A stretch of DNA of 64,000 bases from an uncultured Woeseia sp. (lineage in GTDB: Bacteria > Pseudomonadota > Gammaproteobacteria > Steroidobacterales > UBA11654): the NCBI GenBank assembly GCA_964629335.1, contig CAZVRH010000001.1, forward strand, positions 14,788 to 78,787. The letters run 5' to 3'. A program made the position numbers and the translations under genes. The notes beneath the pieces are model-generated. The model had not been told where the DNA came from. It made no database searches and worked only from the letters and a program-made list of their open reading frames with translations. Shown one piece after another: positions 1-8,692 of the stretch; position 1 is the first letter of the stretch; each line of letters opens with the position of its first letter.

Positions 1-346
1 CTAAGTCTCCTAAAAATGCAAAAACTATGCCGTACTTCTCTTCTGTTGGATAAGCATCTATTCTCGTTCTTTTTGGAATTTTTGCATCCTTGCCTAAAGA
101 TGGAATTCTCTTGCATTCTCCCTGGCCATTAAATCTCCAACCATGATAGGGGCACTGGATACAATCCTCTCTGATAACACCTCCAGCCAATGATCCGCCT
201 CTATGAATACATGTATCACTCAGAGTCTGAGGTACACCTTTGGAATCTCTGAAACTAACAAAATTCTGACCCAACATTCTGACTCTTACAGGCTCATCTT
301 TTAATTCTTCACTGAAAATTACTGGATACCAAAAATTGATATACAC
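1..346 (-). CDS. Rieske [2Fe-2S] oxygenase alpha subunit, N-terminal 115 codons only (gene runs off the window start)
   Basis: Not in the ORF track because it is truncated. GTG start at 346-344 with GGAGGAG just upstream and an in-frame TGA above it. My minus-strand translation is VYINFWYPVIFSEELKDEPVRVRMLGQNFVSFRDSKGVPQTLSDTCIHRGGSLAGGVIREDCIQCPYHGWRFNGQGECKRIP... This carries a CxH-X16-CxxH Rieske motif with a VanA/phthalate-dioxygenase-like N terminus. Confidence 0.8.
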   Translation of the reverse strand, partial: MYINFWYPVIFSEELKDEPVRVRMLGQNFVSFRDSKGVPQTLSDTCIHRGGSLAGGVIREDCIQCPYHGWRFNGQGECKRIPSLGKDAKIPKRTRIDAYPTEEKYGIVFAFLGDL

Positions 347-455
347 TTTCTCCTCCCTTCAAATTACATAAAAGTACAACTGACTAATATTTTAATCTAA
401 TTTCCTTAACAGTAGAATACGATATATGAATCAAAAAAGATTCGTAACTGATATA

Positions 456-478
456 TTAATTAACTGATTTAATTAACT
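456..478. repeat. tandem 10-bp direct repeat TTAATTAACT (2 copies, 13-bp period), each containing the palindrome TTAATTAA; possible operator
   Basis: Read directly: atata-TTAATTAACT-gat-TTAATTAACT-ta. It lies 24-46 nt upstream of the ATG at 502, in the divergent Rieske/monooxygenase intergenic region. Confidence 0.5.
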
Positions 479-501
479 TAAGAGATGAAAGAGGTAGCAA
501 C

Positions 502-1113
502 ATGGCTATGATGCAAGGAAGCAATAAACCAAAAAATGAAGAAAAACCGAGTGGAGGCCCTCCGTTGGAGGCTATGACAGCAGAAACTCTAGCTCCCCCG
601 ACAGGCATGGAAGGCAGAGAAGAAGATCTGGCCAAAGCTATGCAAATCTTAGTGAAAACAATGAAAATACAAAAACCTTATCCTCATGACACAAACGATG
701 CTTTGCTAAAAGCGCATTTGAATGCTGTTCAATTTGCTAAGAATAATGGCCTCCTTGAAGCCTATATTGAGCATGATTTAAACACTATGATGCCATTGCT
801 TGAACGCACCAAAGCTATGATCGAAACCACAGGTGATAAGGAACTGGCTTTGGTCATGAATTTTGAAAGAACTGGCTGCTTTTTCCAAATGTTTCTAGAT
901 CCGCAAGCTGAGCCAGGTAAACGAACATTTACCTTTCCATTTAGGAAGGTGCTCAATGCCGCAAGAGGTATAGGCCAATTTGATCTCACTGAAGAAGAAG
1001 TCTTTGATAAATGGTGGCGACCAAGATATCTCGGCTACGGTAAAGCAGTGGGGGTTGAACTGAAGATTTCTGATATGGATGAGGATGGAAAGGTGACCGT
1101 AGAAATTGCGTAA
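502..1113 (+). CDS. hypothetical protein, 203 aa, no family recognised
   Basis: ATG preceded by an AAGAGG-like SD. Stop lies 3 nt before the next gene (operon). The N-terminal ~45 aa are Pro/Gly/Glu/Lys-rich low complexity. I can place no catalytic motif. Confidence 0.6.
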   Translation: MAMMQGSNKPKNEEKPSGGPPLEAMTAETLAPPTGMEGREEDLAKAMQILVKTMKIQKPYPHDTNDALLKAHLNAVQFAKNNGLLEAYIEHDLNTMMPLLERTKAMIETTGDKELALVMNFERTGCFFQMFLDPQAEPGKRTFTFPFRKVLNAARGIGQFDLTEEEVFDKWWRPRYLGYGKAVGVELKISDMDEDGKVTVEIA

Positions 1114-1116
1114 TTT

Positions 1117-2358
1117 ATGGTGAAATCAGCTCAAAAAACATCCCATAGTAATATTCCCACCAGAGAAGAGATTACTAAAGCAGCCTCTGATTTAATACCA
1201 AAGCTAAGAGATAGAGCGCAGGAAGCTGAAGATCTTCGAACCATGCAAGAAGAAACCATTCAGGACATGAAAAATGCCGGTATTCATAAAATATTCACAC
1301 CAAAGCGATACGGTGGGTTTGAAATGGATTGGGGAGTTCAGGTTGATGTAGCTAGAGAACTAGGAAAAGGTTGTGCATCTGCATCATGGATGTCATCAGT
1401 GGTAATGTCACATTCATGGAACTTAGGAAGATTTCCTGCCGAAGCTCAGGAGGAATTTTGGCCGTCTTGCCCCGATGCAATCATTGCCACAGCTTTTGCT
1501 GGCGGAGGTGAAATAAAAGAAACGGAAGGAGGGTATATCCTTAATGGTTTATGGAGATTCGCCAGCGGTGTTGATCACTCTGATTGTTCAATTGTTGCAG
1601 GGCAATATAAAAATACAAATAGCAAATCTGGAACAGGCTTGGATTATAGGATGGCACTCATTATGCCAGATCAATATGAAATCATTGACACGTGGCACGC
1701 AGAAGGATTAAAGGGCACTGGCAGCAAAGACATTAAAGTGGTCGATGCTTTTGTTCCAGAACATAGAACCGTCAAATCACTTGAACTAGGTGGTAAAAAC
1801 CCACCTGGATCAGAGTTACACGAGAGTTACATATATCGAGTGGAGATGGGTATGTATTTTAATACGCTCCTATCAGGTCCTATTCTTGGTGCGACCCATG
1901 GATTATTGCTTGAATATTTGGACCAAACCAGAACAAGGTTTGGCTCAATGTTTGGTGAAAGAGTTTCAGAACAAGCGCCAGTTCAGCAGAAAATTGGGGA
2001 ATCTTATGAAGAGCTTAGGACCAGTGATTTAATAATTAATAATTTGTGTGATTTTCTTCATAAAAAAGGACAAGCAGGAGAATCTATAGTTGGCGATGAC
2101 CGATTAAAAATAAGAAGAGAAACCGCAATGGCTGCTCAACTGTGCATGAAATCAGGTTCTCGCCTATCTGGAATGATGGGTGTAACTGGTCAAACCGGAC
2201 GCAACCCTGCTCAAAGACATTTTAGAGACTTAAGAACAATGTCTACTCATGGCGCCATACACTGGGACAACGCTACAACTCCTACCGGTAGGTTTTTGCT
2301 GGGAATTGAGACCGGTGACCCCCTTATAGACAAGCACAATACATTTTTAGATGCATAG
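1117..2358 (+). CDS. acyl-CoA dehydrogenase-fold flavin-dependent monooxygenase, oxygenase component (HsaA/DszC/HPA-hydroxylase C2-like)
   Basis: 413 aa. The N-terminal pattern (EEITKAASDLIPKLRDRAQEAEDLRTMQEETIQDMKNAGIHKIFTPKRYGGFEMDW) and the C-terminal RHFRDLRTMSTHGAIHWD are typical of group-D two-component monooxygenases rather than true acyl-CoA dehydrogenases. Confidence 0.7.
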   Translation: MVKSAQKTSHSNIPTREEITKAASDLIPKLRDRAQEAEDLRTMQEETIQDMKNAGIHKIFTPKRYGGFEMDWGVQVDVARELGKGCASASWMSSVVMSHSWNLGRFPAEAQEEFWPSCPDAIIATAFAGGGEIKETEGGYILNGLWRFASGVDHSDCSIVAGQYKNTNSKSGTGLDYRMALIMPDQYEIIDTWHAEGLKGTGSKDIKVVDAFVPEHRTVKSLELGGKNPPGSELHESYIYRVEMGMYFNTLLSGPILGATHGLLLEYLDQTRTRFGSMFGERVSEQAPVQQKIGESYEELRTSDLIINNLCDFLHKKGQAGESIVGDDRLKIRRETAMAAQLCMKSGSRLSGMMGVTGQTGRNPAQRHFRDLRTMSTHGAIHWDNATTPTGRFLLGIETGDPLIDKHNTFLDA

Positions 2359-2361
2359 ATT

Positions 2362-3456
2362 GTGAATCAGGAAAATGCCAAAGTCCGATTACTGGTAACA
2401 ACCTTATTTCTTTTGCTCCAAGTTTCTCCACCCTCCTTTGCTGAAAATTCAATAACGCCTGAAAAGTTTGCTGAATTGGCACTAGAATGTGTGCATAAGG
2501 AATACCCAAATAAAATTTCTCACACCTTGCAAAATGATGACGATGTAAAGCCCCCAAGAGATCTCTATCCAGCATTCTATGGCTGCTATGATTGGCATTC
2601 TTCCGTACATGGTCATTGGTTATTAGTCAGACTGGCTAGACTTTATCCAGAAAATGAATTGAGCTCGGAGTCGGTCATAAAACTCAATATCAGTCTCACT
2701 GCTGAGAATCTATTGAAAGAGTCACATTATATTAGAGGAAAAGGTCGAACAGCCTTTGAGCGTCCATACGGCATCGCTTGGCTACTTCAATTGGTGAGTG
2801 AACTTGAGGAATGGACAGACAATAAATCCGCTAACCGATGGCGTGAAAATATTAGGCCCTTAGAGGATATTTTGTCACAACGCATCGAAGACTGGCTTCC
2901 AAAACTCACCTATCCTGTAAGAAGTGGTCAGCATTCGCAAACAGCTTTCGCACTGGGTTTAATCATGGATTGGGCAAAAACCACCGGCGATGAGGATTTG
3001 GCTTCTCTCATTGAGCAAAGAAGCGTTGATTACTTTATCAATGATAAGAACTGTCCTATTTCTTATGAGCCATCCGGTGCTGATTTTCTTTCCCCGTGCT
3101 TAGCAGAAGCTGATTTAATGAGAAGAGTATTACAACCTGCAGACTTCTCAATATGGCTCAATGACTTTATAAACATTCCTATAGGCGACAATGAGGATTG
3201 GTTAGAACCTGCAATAGTGAGTGATCCTTCAGATCCAAAGCTTGCTCATTTAGACGGCCTAAACCTCAGCCGAGCTTGGATGTTAGAAGGTATAGCAAGC
3301 GGATTACCGCCAGATGACCCAAGAATTGAAAGTTTATTGTCCGCGGCTACAGAACATTCAGATGTTGGTTTGGCAGCGGTAACCGGAGAATTCTATGAGG
3401 GAGGTCATTGGTTAGGAAGTTTTGCAACTTACCTTGTGACTCAAAGAGGTTTGTAG
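2362..3456 (+). CDS. DUF2891 family protein, probably exported
   Basis: GTG start 3 nt after the previous stop. Signal-like N terminus LLVTTLFLLLQVSPPSFA. The motif YPAFYGCYDWHSSVHGHWLLVRL is one I associate with DUF2891. Confidence 0.6.
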   Translation: MNQENAKVRLLVTTLFLLLQVSPPSFAENSITPEKFAELALECVHKEYPNKISHTLQNDDDVKPPRDLYPAFYGCYDWHSSVHGHWLLVRLARLYPENELSSESVIKLNISLTAENLLKESHYIRGKGRTAFERPYGIAWLLQLVSELEEWTDNKSANRWRENIRPLEDILSQRIEDWLPKLTYPVRSGQHSQTAFALGLIMDWAKTTGDEDLASLIEQRSVDYFINDKNCPISYEPSGADFLSPCLAEADLMRRVLQPADFSIWLNDFINIPIGDNEDWLEPAIVSDPSDPKLAHLDGLNLSRAWMLEGIASGLPPDDPRIESLLSAATEHSDVGLAAVTGEFYEGGHWLGSFATYLVTQRGL

Positions 3457-4131
3457 TTATTCAGGTTTCTTAAATTTGAGTATGAAACGGCTTGTGCGAT
3501 CTCTTATATGTTTTTCAAACACCATATCAGTTAACTCGTCTTCAGGATTCTCAAGAATTATTGACTCTCCATCATAAATAAAACCTGAAGAAGTCACCTC
3601 ATCGATAACAAATTCTTTCTCAATTCGATGAATATCGTGACAATTATCGATGCCTTGCCCCACCTTGGCATTATGATCGAGTATCCCATAGACTCCACCT
3701 GATTTAAGTGACTCAAAAATAGCGGTATTCATAGCGTTCCTATCAGCTTTGGTCCAAACTGAATCGTGATAAGTCATAATATTGAAAATCTTGTCCAGTT
3801 CTTCAGGAAATTCAGGGGATTCCATCTCACCCACCACAGGAAATAAATTATCTTGAGGAAACTCACTGAGTCTCTTTTCAATAGGGTTTCCTTTCCAACG
3901 TTTTACGCTCATTGGCGAAGTATGGGCATAAACTAAACCTCCTTCTATTAATGCATGAGCCATAATTGAGGAAAAGTAGCCTCGCCCAGAATTCATTTCA
4001 CCAACTTTATCGGTTGTTTTAATGTTAAAAAAATTCAGAAGCTCGGCCGGCTTTCTATTGGCATCGCGTTCACGGTCTGAATCTGGCCTATTTTTATGTG
4101 CTACAGCATTTAATATATAGTCTGCAATCAA
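3457..4131 (-). CDS. class I SAM-dependent methyltransferase (COG4798-like)
   Basis: 224 aa. VGEMNSGRGYFSSIMAHALIEGGLVYA resembles the GxGxG SAM-binding loop of the predicted-methyltransferase COG4798 family. Lies 3 nt downstream of the deacylase gene. Confidence 0.6.
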   Translation of the reverse strand: MIADYILNAVAHKNRPDSDRERDANRKPAELLNFFNIKTTDKVGEMNSGRGYFSSIMAHALIEGGLVYAHTSPMSVKRWKGNPIEKRLSEFPQDNLFPVVGEMESPEFPEELDKIFNIMTYHDSVWTKADRNAMNTAIFESLKSGGVYGILDHNAKVGQGIDNCHDIHRIEKEFVIDEVTSSGFIYDGESIILENPEDELTDMVFEKHIRDRTSRFILKFKKPE

Positions 4132-4134
4132 TGT

Positions 4135-5712
4135 TCACTCCTTATTTTTTAGTAAAACTCTTCCTGGAAGTTGACCACTAAACTCCCCATTGTCTAGAAC
4201 CCTGATTCCGTTGATCCAGACTGAATGAATCCCTTCTGATTTTAGTGTTGGGTTTGCAAAAGTTGAATTGTCCTTAGTATTATCCGCATCAAACATCACT
4301 AAATCTGCAAAGGCACCTTCTTTGATCACACCTCTGTCTTTTAAACCTATGTTTGTTGCAGATAAAAGCGTCATCTTATTGATAATTCGCTCAAGGGGTC
4401 CTAGGCCATTTTCACCTCGGTATTTAGAAATCACTTTAGGAAAACTACCGCATCCTCTTGGATGTGAGCAAACTAATTCTCCATCGCTGGTTACATTGCT
4501 GTAAGGCCAATTAAGAAGCAGACGAATATCAGCATCCAACATGCCCTTAGCAACTACGTACTCAACTGGAGCGGCTGCTGTGCTTAATGCATAGCTTTCT
4601 TGACTTAATTCAGAAAGCATCTCAGCCTCACTTTTATCGTTCTCTTTTGCGATTTCTGCGACTGTCTTTTGAACATAATGAGGATGCAGTGAGTGATAAA
4701 CGAAGGTTATATTCTCAGCGGACGATAGATTCTCCAATATAAATTTTGTTTCCACTGGATCCTCAAAATTTCTCTCAGGATACAAAGTGGTGATACTGCT
4801 AGACCAAGCTTCATATGGATAAACATCCGTGGTGACATTGATCCCCTCCTCTCTGGCTTTATCCAAAATCGATAAAATCTCGTCTGTTCGCCCATAGTTA
4901 AATTTCCCATTTAATTTGAAGTGATCAATATTGACCGGAATGTTTGCCTGTCGACCTATTTCTATTGTTTCATCTATAGCTTGCCAATATTCTCTGTCCT
5001 CGCTTCTGATATGGCTTTTGTATTTTCCATCATAACTTTGAGAAACTTTAGCCAGTTCAATTAGCTCTTGGGTAGCAGCAAATATACCTGGGTCATACTC
5101 TAGTCCCGTGCTTAATCCATAGGCTCCCGATCTCATGTCTAAATCAACTAGGGATGCCATCTGCTCTATTTCTTCTTCAGTGGCTTCTCTTTTAAAATCT
5201 TCTCCCATAACTTCTAGACGAATACTGTTATGAGCTGAAAAACTGGCTACATTGATAGCAACCGGAATCGTTCGGAAATACTCTGCATACTGATTCACTG
5301 TAAAATAATCTGTATCTTCTGGTCCATCTGAAAATCCGTCCATTCCCCTAACAATAGTAGTAACACCCTGAGTGATCAAAGCAGATGCTTCTGGTTCTAC
5401 ATCTAGACCAATATCATGATGAGAATGTGTATCGATAAAACCAGGTGCCAAATCTAAACCCATGCCTTCAATAACCTGACTATCAGAACTTATTTCTGGA
5501 GGGTTACCCCGCTCTATATTTAGAATTCTATCTCCCTTTATCCTGACTTGTCCCTTAAAGGGCACGGCGCCGGTTCCATCATAAACCACTACATTTTTTA
5601 TCAATATTGTGGAGGAACCATCAATAAGTATTTCTTCTACAGCGACAGTCTTAGGATTAACCAGAAGGATTAAGAACAAGATATAAATTGTTTTATTTAT
5701 TAAACGAACCAA
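4135..5712 (-). CDS. N-acyl-D-amino-acid deacylase (D-aminoacylase) family amidohydrolase, exported
   Basis: 525 aa with a TTG start. Signal peptide IYILFLILLVNPKTVAV. Has the metal-binding DTHSHHD motif, and its length and layout are typical of D-aminoacylases. Confidence 0.75.
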   Translation of the reverse strand: MVRLINKTIYILFLILLVNPKTVAVEEILIDGSSTILIKNVVVYDGTGAVPFKGQVRIKGDRILNIERGNPPEISSDSQVIEGMGLDLAPGFIDTHSHHDIGLDVEPEASALITQGVTTIVRGMDGFSDGPEDTDYFTVNQYAEYFRTIPVAINVASFSAHNSIRLEVMGEDFKREATEEEIEQMASLVDLDMRSGAYGLSTGLEYDPGIFAATQELIELAKVSQSYDGKYKSHIRSEDREYWQAIDETIEIGRQANIPVNIDHFKLNGKFNYGRTDEILSILDKAREEGINVTTDVYPYEAWSSSITTLYPERNFEDPVETKFILENLSSAENITFVYHSLHPHYVQKTVAEIAKENDKSEAEMLSELSQESYALSTAAAPVEYVVAKGMLDADIRLLLNWPYSNVTSDGELVCSHPRGCGSFPKVISKYRGENGLGPLERIINKMTLLSATNIGLKDRGVIKEGAFADLVMFDADNTKDNSTFANPTLKSEGIHSVWINGIRVLDNGEFSGQLPGRVLLKNKE

Positions 5713-5781
5713 GGTATCGCCCCTATATTGATTGAAATTATTTAATATAATGCGCCTAGGATAATAATAATTTTAATCTCC

Positions 5782-7038
5782 ATGGATCACAAAGAAAAAA
5801 TTCTTGGCAGAAGCTTTAGAGCTCTAAGACCTCTACCTGAATATGCAGATGATGTCATAGCTCCTCCGTACGATGTTGTTACTTCAAAGGAAGCCAGAAT
5901 CTTAACTAAGGGTAGGCCTTATAGCTTTCTGCACATCTCAAAACCGGAAATAGGTTTAACAGAAGATGTCCGTCCGGATGATCCCTTGGTTTATAAGCAA
6001 GGATTAGAGAATTTAAATTCAATGATCAGTGAGAATATTTTGGTAAGAGATGACGAAGAATCTTTATATGTTTACAAGATGTCCACAAAAGATCTCGATC
6101 AACTTGGGATCGCTTTTGTAGCTTCAATCGATGCCTATGAAAGTAATGCGATAAAAAAACATGAGTACACCAAACCTATAAAAGAAATGGATCGAATTAA
6201 TAACATGAAAGCACTTAATGCTCAGACAGGGCCCGTCTTGATGACCTATGTTGATAACTCTGAATTGAATGCCCTAATCAACCAGTCTATCTTCGAAAAC
6301 GAACCCATCTATGACGTTATGAGTAAAGAAAATATCAATCACACAATTTGGAAGATTGATGATACTAACGCCATTCATAATCTCACTTCAGCACTAAATA
6401 GCTTGCCATCTCTCTATATTGCAGACGGTCATCATCGTTCTGCTGCTGCCAGTAAGGTAAGAGAAACAAGAATGAATGACAATCCCAAGCATGACGGCAG
6501 CGAGGGATATAATTATTTTCTTGCTGTTGCTTTTCCCAAAAGCCAGCTAACAATACTAGACTACAACCGTTTAGTTAAGAGCACTAATGGACACTCTCTG
6601 AATGAACTAATCGCTATGATTGAAAAAAATTTCAAATGCGTGCCTTCAGATATCCCAGTAAAGCCGTCTATAGACAAATCATTTGGAATGTATATTGATG
6701 GGCAATGGTTCAGACTTGAGTTAACCCAAGATTATAATAATTTCAGCCCAGTGGAATCATTAGATGTCAGCATATTGCATACTTTCATTTTAGACCCAAT
6801 ACTGGGGATCAAAGATGAAAGAGTGGACTCCAATATTGATTTTGTTGGTGGAGCCAGGGGCTTGTCAGAACTTGAAAAAAGGGTCAATTCAAAAGAAATG
6901 GCAATAGCGTTCTCACTCTATCCAACACCCATCGATTCCTTAATCTCAGTTGCGGATGCCGATCTAATCATGCCGCCTAAATCAACATGGTTTGAGCCTA
7001 AACTATTAGACGGACTACTATCGCATATCATTGATTAA
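5782..7038 (+). CDS. DUF1015 domain-containing protein
   Basis: 418 aa. The N-terminal FRALRPLPEYADDVIAPPYDVVTSKEAR and the internal IADGHHRSAAA are hallmark DUF1015 motifs. Confidence 0.8.
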   Translation: MDHKEKILGRSFRALRPLPEYADDVIAPPYDVVTSKEARILTKGRPYSFLHISKPEIGLTEDVRPDDPLVYKQGLENLNSMISENILVRDDEESLYVYKMSTKDLDQLGIAFVASIDAYESNAIKKHEYTKPIKEMDRINNMKALNAQTGPVLMTYVDNSELNALINQSIFENEPIYDVMSKENINHTIWKIDDTNAIHNLTSALNSLPSLYIADGHHRSAAASKVRETRMNDNPKHDGSEGYNYFLAVAFPKSQLTILDYNRLVKSTNGHSLNELIAMIEKNFKCVPSDIPVKPSIDKSFGMYIDGQWFRLELTQDYNNFSPVESLDVSILHTFILDPILGIKDERVDSNIDFVGGARGLSELEKRVNSKEMAIAFSLYPTPIDSLISVADADLIMPPKSTWFEPKLLDGLLSHIID

Positions 7039-7119
7039 TTTTTTTAGCCTCCTTACTTCATGTTTTCTTAAAAATTTGACACAATCAATGCTAATTACAT
7101 TTATTTAAAGGAAAAAATA

Positions 7120-7320
7120 ATGGACGCAGAAGCAATTAAAGAAAAAGCCAACAGCGCAGCAGAAGGGATTACTTTTAATGACTGTGCTTGTGAAACATTA
7201 ACTCAGGTTCCAGATTTTGCCATGGATATGGCTATTAGTCATATGGTTAATGCCGCTCAGGAACAAGGTGTTGACACAATTTGTTGCGACTTCTTAGAAG
7301 CTAACAACCCTATGGGTTAA
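7120..7320 (+). CDS. small Cys-rich protein (66 aa), possible PCP_red-like helical domain
   Basis: AAAGGA SD 8-12 nt upstream. By eye, residues 19-62 align to the C-terminal PCP_red domain pattern (A-x3-L-x3-P-x-F ... A-x-E-x-G-x-x-T-I ... L). The protein carries CAC and CC motifs. Low-confidence family call. Confidence 0.45.
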   Translation: MDAEAIKEKANSAAEGITFNDCACETLTQVPDFAMDMAISHMVNAAQEQGVDTICCDFLEANNPMG

Positions 7321-7324
7321 AACT

Positions 7325-7401
7325 TGGTGGTGATGGGTGGGATTGAACCACCGACCTTCGCGTTATGAGTGCGACGCTCTAACCGGCTGAGCTACATCAC
7401 C
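7325..7401 (-). tRNA. tRNA with CAU anticodon (elongator Met, or Ile2 if C34 is lysidinylated)
   Basis: Reverse complement is GGTGATGTAGCTCAGCCGGTTAGAGCGTCGCACTCATAACGCGAAGGTCGGTGGTTCAATCCCACCCATCACCACCA. It has a perfect 7-bp acceptor stem, D and T arms, a CTCATAA loop and encoded CCA. It is not an initiator: pair 1:72 is matched and there is no GGG/CCC anticodon stem. Confidence 0.9.
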
Positions 7402-7489
7402 GAAGTTCTCTAAAGGTTGGATTTTCAATCTCAAATGCCTTTCTGTCAAGTAGAAGAGCTATTTTCAACTAAATTTGTGATATTGGATT

Positions 7490-8692
7490 ATGTCAAATAG
7501 AAAGAAATATTTTTTTATACTCTTGTTCTCCCTAGGGTTCATTGCTCCTATTTCAGGGCAATCTAAAGAATTTCCAGGCGATGAATGGGTAACAAAATCT
7601 GCCTCAGAACTTAATATTGATCAAGAAAAAGTGGACCGATTATTTGATCTTTCCTTTGAGGACAATGCAACCCAAGGAGTTGTTTTAATTAAAGACGGAT
7701 ACCTGATTGGAGAGCGTTACGCTGAAGGTTTTGACGAGAATTCTTTTGGAACCTCTTGGTCAATGGCAAAAAGCTTCTATGCGAGCCTAATAGGCATATC
7801 AATTGACCGAGGAGAAATTAAGAGTCTGGACGACAAAGTAAGTGATTATTTGGATTACTTCAATGATGAAAGATCAGCAATCACAATAAGAGACATCCTC
7901 AATATGGCATCAGGCCTGCAATTCCCAGAACATGAACACGAGCTAATGTTTTTCAAAAAAGATCATCTGACTTATGCAAAAAATATAGGGGTAGAAAAGC
8001 AACCTAATCAACTCTTTGAATACAACAATGTCAATTCGATGTTACTTGGTGACATTTTACTGATAGCCACTGGAAAGAAAGCGGATGAGCTTCTTAATGA
8101 AAGAATTTTAAAGCCTATCGGCGCTGATAATTCAACACTATGGAGAGACAGCTCAGATAATGTTCTAACCTATTGTTGCATTGATATGTCAGCGCGAGAT
8201 TATTCAAGATTTGGCCTCCTCTTTTCCAGAAATGGTAAATGGGAACAAAATCAAATAATCTCATCCGATTATGTTAATGAAACTTTCACGCCTTATTGGG
8301 AATTTACTCCAGAAAGATTTACAGATCTGAACCGCGGTTATTCTCTTCATTGGTGGTTTTCAAAAAATGACAATGAAGGACAAATCTTTAATGCCAGTGG
8401 GAAATTTGGCCAATATATCTTTGTTGACCGAGACAATGATGTGATCTTTACAAGAATAACCAAATATTTTCCAACCTCTGGATCTAAACAAGACTGGGGG
8501 ATCCTGGAGAGATTCAATGTTAAGGATATTGAAAGATTTCTAAAAATCTCGCGTTTCCTCGAAGCAATAGGCCTTTTAGACATGGAAGATGACATCAAGA
8601 CACCAAACACGAGGTCTGAAGGTGAGTCTGAGGAATTTTATGCAAGCTATTCTGAGATCATAGATGCTATGGCTGATCTGAGTAGAAACTAA
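7490..8692 (+). CDS. serine hydrolase, beta-lactamase/PBP-related (COG1680-like), exported
   Basis: 400 aa with a signal peptide. Has an SxxK motif in TSWSMAKSFYASLIG. The overall pattern matches class-C-like esterase/transpeptidase-fold proteins. Confidence 0.7.
   Translation: MSNRKKYFFILLFSLGFIAPISGQSKEFPGDEWVTKSASELNIDQEKVDRLFDLSFEDNATQGVVLIKDGYLIGERYAEGFDENSFGTSWSMAKSFYASLIGISIDRGEIKSLDDKVSDYLDYFNDERSAITIRDILNMASGLQFPEHEHELMFFKKDHLTYAKNIGVEKQPNQLFEYNNVNSMLLGDILLIATGKKADELLNERILKPIGADNSTLWRDSSDNVLTYCCIDMSARDYSRFGLLFSRNGKWEQNQIISSDYVNETFTPYWEFTPERFTDLNRGYSLHWWFSKNDNEGQIFNASGKFGQYIFVDRDNDVIFTRITKYFPTSGSKQDWGILERFNVKDIERFLKISRFLEAIGLLDMEDDIKTPNTRSEGESEEFYASYSEIIDAMADLSRN

Noticed and set aside
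1-7401. Accessory-looking block ending at a tRNA gene, considered as a tRNA-targeted genomic island.
   Set aside because: There is no integrase, transposase or phage gene, and I saw no direct repeat of the tRNA 3' end in the block. Gene packing and base composition look the same as in the core regions.
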